Source: a virus (Duplodnaviria > Caudoviricetes). From it: a stretch of DNA of 29,526 nucleotides. Location: the IMG/VR virus record IMGVR_UViG_3300037834_000043, positions 1 through 29,526 of that record. One strand, 5' to 3'. Below the pieces are notes generated by a model. The model saw nothing but the letters and a program-made list of their open reading frames with translations, was not told the DNA's origin and searched no databases. Position 1 is the first letter of the stretch, and every line of letters begins with the position of its first letter. The position numbers and the translations under genes were made by a program. Below, piece by piece: positions 25,203 through 29,526 of this stretch.

Positions 25203-26523
25203 CCTCGCCTCCTGAAAGATGTTGCTGCGTCATGCCGTCACCGTCACCGGCGCGCTGTCGTTGCGGGGATTTTCCACCCCGCACCCCAGGATGAAGGGCT
25301 TTCGCCCTTCCAACCGATCCAGTTGACGCTGACTTGTTTGAAAGGTCGCTGCCATCTCCATGAGGATGGACACCGTTCGACTTGCGACCGCCCGGTCGTC
25401 TGTCACTGTCACCCCCTTCTAAAGAAAGGGGGTTGGTGACGGTGACGGTGACGTTTTCGGGTTGAGGCGTCACCAAGGGCGTCACTTGAGCGTCACCAGT
25501 GACGGTGACGGTGACGTTTTCGCCTTGGACGGACACAAGTCCGTCCGTCTGCAATCGCTTCTTCGTGTTGCTGAAGAGCTTTCGCTTTGTCTCTGGAGCT
25601 TTGTCGGACCAGAGTTCGTAGCAGGCTGTCTGCCACGCCAAGACTGTCGCGCCGGTGACACCGCCGATGCGGACGAGCGCGGCCAGCATCTGATCGGCTA
25701 TCGTCTGCTTCCTCAGAGCTTTCGCATCGTCGCTCGATATCGCCTGTGGCTGCAGGCCGCGCAACTGCCGGATAACCTGGGTGTTGATCGCGCCGCCCGC
25801 CGTCGCAACGTCGATGCCATCGATGTCGTAGGCAAACCGCGCTCCGCTCGGCCCATTCCGGAGCTTCTCGACTTCAGCATATGTCGTGTCGCCCTTCCCC
25901 TTCCCCACGCGAACGACGGCGTCGGCGCGGTCGAAAAACACCCGACTGCCGCGCATGCCGCTGTTCTCGTTCTTCCCGGTATGGTGGATGGACAGGAAGG
26001 CGCATTCGAGCTCGCGCGCCGTCCGGTCGGCGTTGGTCATGTATTCCGACGCTGCAGTTGCATCGTCCTGGCTTTTCGGGCCGAAGCTCGCCGAAAGCGT
26101 GTCGACCATGATGGCTGCGACCTGGGTGGTTTGTTTCGACAGCGCTTTCGCTGCCGCCACAACGGCCATGCGGGCGCTGTTGGCGACCAGCCCCTCGGCC
26201 GGTGCCTCCATGATCGCGATCGGCAGGCTGCCAGGATCTAGGCCAAGCTCGTGCGCCGCAGCCACAAATCTGAGCTTTGCCCCCTCGATGTCTTCGCCTG
26301 CCACGTAAAGGACGCTGCCTGCCGAAACCGGCCGGTCAGCCCACAAGAGCCCCGCGCCGATCGCAACGGCGGTGCGGATCGCCAAACCGGTCTTTCCGAC
26401 GCCGCTCGGGCCGTACATGAGGGATGGGCCCGCAGGCAGCACTTCCGGGATGATTATCCGGCGCCGCGGCTTGTCGTGCAGCAGCGAACGCGCAACCTCG
26501 GCCAGGGTGACGAATGCATTCAT
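25195..26523 (-). CDS. AAA_25 / RepA-like replicative helicase (no primase domain)
   Basis: Walker A GPSGVGKT, VLYVAGE, Walker B IMVDT, IHHTGK, RGS; low-complexity C-terminus produced by DNA repeats. Confidence 0.88.
   Translation of the reverse strand: MNAFVTLAEVARSLLHDKPRRRIIIPEVLPAGPSLMYGPSGVGKTGLAIRTAVAIGAGLLWADRPVSAGSVLYVAGEDIEGAKLRFVAAAHELGLDPGSLPIAIMEAPAEGLVANSARMAVVAAAKALSKQTTQVAAIMVDTLSASFGPKSQDDATAASEYMTNADRTARELECAFLSIHHTGKNENSGMRGSRVFFDRADAVVRVGKGKGDTTYAEVEKLRNGPSGARFAYDIDGIDVATAGGAINTQVIRQLRGLQPQAISSDDAKALRKQTIADQMLAALVRIGGVTGATVLAWQTACYELWSDKAPETKRKLFSNTKKRLQTDGLVSVQGENVTVTVTGDAQVTPLVTPQPENVTVTVTNPLSLEGGDSDRRPGGRKSNGVHPHGDGSDLSNKSASTGSVGRAKALHPGVRGGKSPQRQRAGDGDGMTQQHLSGGEDA
25401..25522. 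repeat. Iteron cluster / candidate replication origin inside the helicase 3' end
   Basis: 24-bp direct repeat GTGACGGTGACGGTGACGTTTTCG (25436-25459 and 25499-25522); three GCGTCAC at 25467, 25479 and 25490; TGTCACTGTCAC at 25401; hairpin ACCCCCTT-N7-AAGGGGGT (25411-25433). Confidence 0.75.
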
Positions 26524-28178
26524 GCAGCCACCCGTTCGTCAGTCTCGTCCTCGTAGGCGATCGAGGCGACGCGCCAAAAATTGCCGTCCTTCTCGATGTC
26601 GATCGAGGCCGGCCTCACCAACTCGGCACGGCGGGCGTAGGCCTCGCGCAGCGCCTTGGGCGGCGGCGTGTCACCAAGCAGCGACGCCCACAACCTGGCG
26701 AACCATTTCGTATTCAGGTTCTTGTGCCAGGTCCGGATGATCGCATCGCCGCCGAGGCCATAGCTGATCATGCACGTGATCGAGCCCGTTGACGCCTTGT
26801 GATAGCCGTGCAACGCGATGCTTTCGACAGCCAGGCCCTTGGTGCCATGTACGGCGACCAGCGCCTCTACGGCCTTCTGCTCCTTGCCCCACGCGATCGA
26901 GCCGAACTCGAGCTCGTGCGACGTCACGGCACGGCCAGCAACCAGCGCATGGCTGCAATGGCTGCACTGGGCTGCGTGGAGGTGGTTGTAGGTTCCGCAA
27001 TGGCCGCAGCCGCGCCACGGCGCCACACCGCCCAGCGGCTGGCCGCTCTTGTCGAAATATGGGTCGTGCACCGGCCCGAAAGTTCGAACGTTGCCGGCGA
27101 AGTCGAGCACGAGGCATTCGGCCTTGCCCGCAGCCGGGCGAGTGCCGCGGCCGATGCTCTGGGTGTGGACGATAGGCGACATGGTCGGACGGCATGACGC
27201 GATAAGGTCGATGTCGGGAACATCGAAGCCAGTCAGCGCCGCCTGCACGGTCACCGCGAATTTCACGGCGCCGGATTTGAACGACCGCACCGCCTGGCGA
27301 CGATCGTCACGGCTCATCGCGCCGACAATGAGCGCCGCCGGCGTGCCGCGCTTGCGCAGCTCGTCGACGTAGGCTTGCGCGTGCTCGACGGTCACGGCGA
27401 AGATCAGGCACTTCCGGCGATCAGCGGCCGCCGACAGTATGGCCTCAACCTGCTGGTCGACACGATGGATGTTGGCGCGCACCAGCGCGGCCTGGTTGTA
27501 ATCGCCAGCGGACTTGGCCACGCCGACCACGGTCATGCGTGCGGCTGGCGACACATAGCGGACCGGCGCCAGATATCCGCGCTCGACGAGCTCGGCGACG
27601 CCGATTTCATACGGCTGGCATGTAAACCAGGCCTTGGGGCCGTAGATCGCGCCGTCGGCCGTGCGGAAGGTCGTGGCGCTGAGGCCGATGCGCGGTGTGC
27701 CGCGGCCGCGCGGCAGTCCTGCGAACAGCCGGGCGAACCAGGAACCTTTGTGCAGGGGCATTTGATGAGCTTCGTCGACGATGACGAAATCGGGATCGAA
27801 TGAGATCGTCCCGCAAAGGCTCTGCGGCGTGCCGACGAGGATCCTGCGGTTGAGCTCCCGGCGCCCGAGCGCGGCGCAGACCACGCCGACGGCGCTTTCG
27901 GGAAAGAAATCGAGCAAGGCGGCCTCGTTCTGCTCGGCCAACTCGCGAGAGGGAACGATGACAAGGATGCGCTCATCGCCTCGGGCAGAAAGCAGGCTGC
28001 AGACCTTGGCCGCAACTTTCGACTTGCCGGAACCGGTCGGCAAGCTGACAACGGGATAGTCGCCGGCCCGCCGAACGGTGCGCACGATCGCGGCCGACGC
28101 CTCTTCCTGGTAATCGCGAAGGACTATTTCGGCGCGCGGCCCAGCCGGTCGCGCGCCTTCCAAGTCGGCGAACATCAT
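26520..28178 (-). CDS. Superfamily 2 DEAH helicase (YejH/RadD/UvsW-like) with Zn ribbon
   Basis: LRDYQ, LPTGSGKS, DEAH, SAT, TGFDVP, QSIGRGTR, CGHC..CSHC. Confidence 0.92.
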   Translation of the reverse strand: MMFADLEGARPAGPRAEIVLRDYQEEASAAIVRTVRRAGDYPVVSLPTGSGKSKVAAKVCSLLSARGDERILVIVPSRELAEQNEAALLDFFPESAVGVVCAALGRRELNRRILVGTPQSLCGTISFDPDFVIVDEAHQMPLHKGSWFARLFAGLPRGRGTPRIGLSATTFRTADGAIYGPKAWFTCQPYEIGVAELVERGYLAPVRYVSPAARMTVVGVAKSAGDYNQAALVRANIHRVDQQVEAILSAAADRRKCLIFAVTVEHAQAYVDELRKRGTPAALIVGAMSRDDRRQAVRSFKSGAVKFAVTVQAALTGFDVPDIDLIASCRPTMSPIVHTQSIGRGTRPAAGKAECLVLDFAGNVRTFGPVHDPYFDKSGQPLGGVAPWRGCGHCGTYNHLHAAQCSHCSHALVAGRAVTSHELEFGSIAWGKEQKAVEALVAVHGTKGLAVESIALHGYHKASTGSITCMISYGLGGDAIIRTWHKNLNTKWFARLWASLLGDTPPPKALREAYARRAELVRPASIDIEKDGNFWRVASIAYEDETDERVAA

Positions 28179-28378
28179 TTTGCTTCGCCCCCGGCTTCAG
28201 GAGCTGCGGCGCCAAGAGCCTCGAGGCCGGTAACGAGCCCCTTCAGGCCGTCGTAGATCAGGGCATCCAACGCCGCGCGCTGCCGCTGATCGGACAAGTC
28301 GCCGAGAGCCATAAGCGCAGCCTCGAACAGATGACGGGCGTGCTGGATGGCGTCGATCGCTTCGATGTTGCGGTCCAT
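28175..28378 (-). CDS. Hypothetical protein (67 aa, MDRNIEAID...)
   Basis: Helical 3' part of the 28175..28633 ORF; ATGA overlap with the helicase start. Confidence 0.68.
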   Translation of the reverse strand: MDRNIEAIDAIQHARHLFEAALMALGDLSDQRQRAALDALIYDGLKGLVTGLEALGAAAPEAGGEAK

Positions 28379-28542
28379 CACGCCACCGCCTTTCGGAATA
28401 GCTGCTTGACGTCGGCCTGGTCGACAGATGGTAGCCGCCGGTCTATGCTTGTCTCGTTCATCGGATTTCCTTCCTGGGGATCGGTTGGGCGATGGCTCGG
28501 CGAGGTGACAGCCTCGGCCGGGCCTTTTTCGTTCGTGGTCAT
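28378..28542 (-). CDS. Small hypothetical protein (54 aa; internal start with RBS at 28461 gives 27 aa)
   Basis: MTTNEKGPAEAVTSPSH...MNETSIDRR...KAVA; TGATG coupling to the next gene. Confidence 0.45.
   Translation of the reverse strand: MTTNEKGPAEAVTSPSHRPTDPQEGNPMNETSIDRRLPSVDQADVKQLFRKAVA
28494..28530 (+). terminator. Intrinsic terminator-like hairpin oriented antisense to the early operon
   Basis: GGCTCGGCGAGG-TGACAG-CCTCGGCCGGGCC followed by TTTTT on the plus strand. Confidence 0.5.
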
Positions 28543-28556
28543 GGGGGCAGCTCCCT

Positions 28557-28805
28557 TCAGGCTGCCGCGACACGGGACGGCTTTTCAGCCGTCGAGCGCA
28601 CCGGTGCGGAAAGCCGGCCCGCAGCCCAGGCATCGAGATTGGCGATGTCGTAGAGCGGGATGCGCCCGGCGTAGGTGATCAGCGGTCCGCCGCCGTTGCT
28701 GGCGAACTTGTTCAGCGTCTTCAGGGCGATAGGGATGCCGTGCTTTTCCATAAGGTAGGCCGGCACCTCGGACCGACGCAGGCGAGGGCGTGTGATCTCA
28801 TTCAT
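28557..28805 (-). CDS. Excisionase/AlpA-like winged-HTH protein
   Basis: RLRRSEVPAYL...TLNKFASNGGGP...GRIPLY....LDAW; first gene of the leftward early operon; AAGGTGG RBS. Confidence 0.82.
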   Translation of the reverse strand: MNEITRPRLRRSEVPAYLMEKHGIPIALKTLNKFASNGGGPLITYAGRIPLYDIANLDAWAAGRLSAPVRSTAEKPSRVAAA

Positions 28806-28828
28806 TGGTTAACCACCTTTTCAGCTTG

Positions 28829-28908
28829 GATATGGCACGAGTGCCATATCTGGCATATTGAAGCGGAGGGTGGTTAAGTCAAGCGGAATTTATGGCATGC
28901 GTGCCATA
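28829..28908. promoter_or_regulatory. Divergent switch region: two TATGGCA-N4-TGCCATA operators flanking a leftward promoter CTTGAC-N17-CAATAT
   Basis: Palindromes at 28831-28848 (extends to 28829-28850) and 28891-28908, 60 bp apart; promoter hexamers at 28883-28878 and 28860-28855. Confidence 0.78.
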
Positions 28909-28935
28909 TGGCCGAGTCGTCAGGGGTATTTCAGA

Positions 28936-29526
28936 GTGTCTAAACGCCAGCAGCCGGCCAAGGAGCAGGACAAATTCATTGTCCGACTGCCCGAGGGAAT
29001 GCGCGAGCGCATCAAGTCCAAGGCAGATCGTGCCAACATGTCGATGAACGAGGCGATCGTCTGGTGCCTTGAACAATACTTCCCTGCACCCACAACGATC
29101 ACGGACAAACTAAACGAGCTGGTCGAAATGGTCGCCATTTTGAAGGGTGACGACACGTACCAAGCAGTCGATCAGCTCGTTGCCGAGGTCCACGACGCCA
29201 TCGTGGCTCTTCGAGACAAGAGGGTTACCGCGCCAGTCGATTTCAGAGACGCTGTCATGGACCGATATGCGCGTTGGCAAGAAGAAGAAGCAGAGCGTCA
29301 GCGCGATCGGCACGAGAACCCGTTCAGCGACGAGCTCTATGGCGATCCCCTCGTTTTTCACGCGCCCGCCGACCCCTCCACGTCGGATAACTTTGAACCC
29401 GGCGCCCGTGCAAGGGAGATAATGGAAGCAAGGCGAAACGCGCCGCCCGCGGACCTCGATCCTGCGAATAGCGATCAAGCGGCGGATGAGGGCCCTGCTG
29501 ACCGTACAAAGGGAAGAAAGCCCTAA
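28936..29526 (+). CDS. Arc-family (ribbon-helix-helix) repressor with long C-terminal extension
   Basis: QDKFIVRLPEGMRERIK..A....SMNEAIV..LE; GTG start with AGGGG RBS (alternative ATG at 28897); divergent from xis. Confidence 0.85.
   Translation: MSKRQQPAKEQDKFIVRLPEGMRERIKSKADRANMSMNEAIVWCLEQYFPAPTTITDKLNELVEMVAILKGDDTYQAVDQLVAEVHDAIVALRDKRVTAPVDFRDAVMDRYARWQEEEAERQRDRHENPFSDELYGDPLVFHAPADPSTSDNFEPGARAREIMEARRNAPPADLDPANSDQAADEGPADRTKGRKP

Larger units (their letters stand above)
1..29526. mobile_element. Temperate podovirus-like prophage (integrase/att sites not inside the window)
   Basis: Ordered modules: repressor/xis, replication, terS-terL, portal, scaffold, capsid, tail adaptor/nozzle, ejection proteins, tail fibre, lysis. 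No tape measure, sheath or long-tail genes. Many ATGA/GTGA/TAATG gene overlaps. Confidence 0.93.

Overview
The window is almost entirely one temperate, podovirus-type (P22-like architecture) prophage. The GC-rich sequence and gene families suggest a Rhizobiales/alphaproteobacterial host (inference). Nearly all genes are on the minus strand. Reading right to left: (1) a divergent Arc-family repressor / excisionase-like HTH switch with paired operators; (2) a compact replication module of SF2 helicase, AAA_25/RepA-like helicase with an iteron-rich 3' end, and a ParB-like protein; (3) a symmetric TGTAGCAC array and a double-HTH regulator; (4) P22-gp3-like TerS and TerL; (5) an inserted XRE + 22-aa micropeptide cassette; (6) portal, scaffold, major capsid, decoration protein, a sialyltransferase/Maf-like protein, adaptor, nozzle, GNAT and three ejection proteins; (7) an opposite-strand lipoprotein + 2-TM moron; (8) tail fibre and a five-gene lysis cassette; (9) an ATP-dependent DNA ligase. 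No integrase, att site, tRNA or CRISPR array is visible. The most unusual signals are the micropeptide/fold-back RNA/XRE cassette between terL and portal, a 23-bp motif found three times upstream of late genes, the helically phased inverted octamer array, and the putative glycosyltransferase inside the head operon. All family assignments come from motifs recognised by eye; no searches were run.
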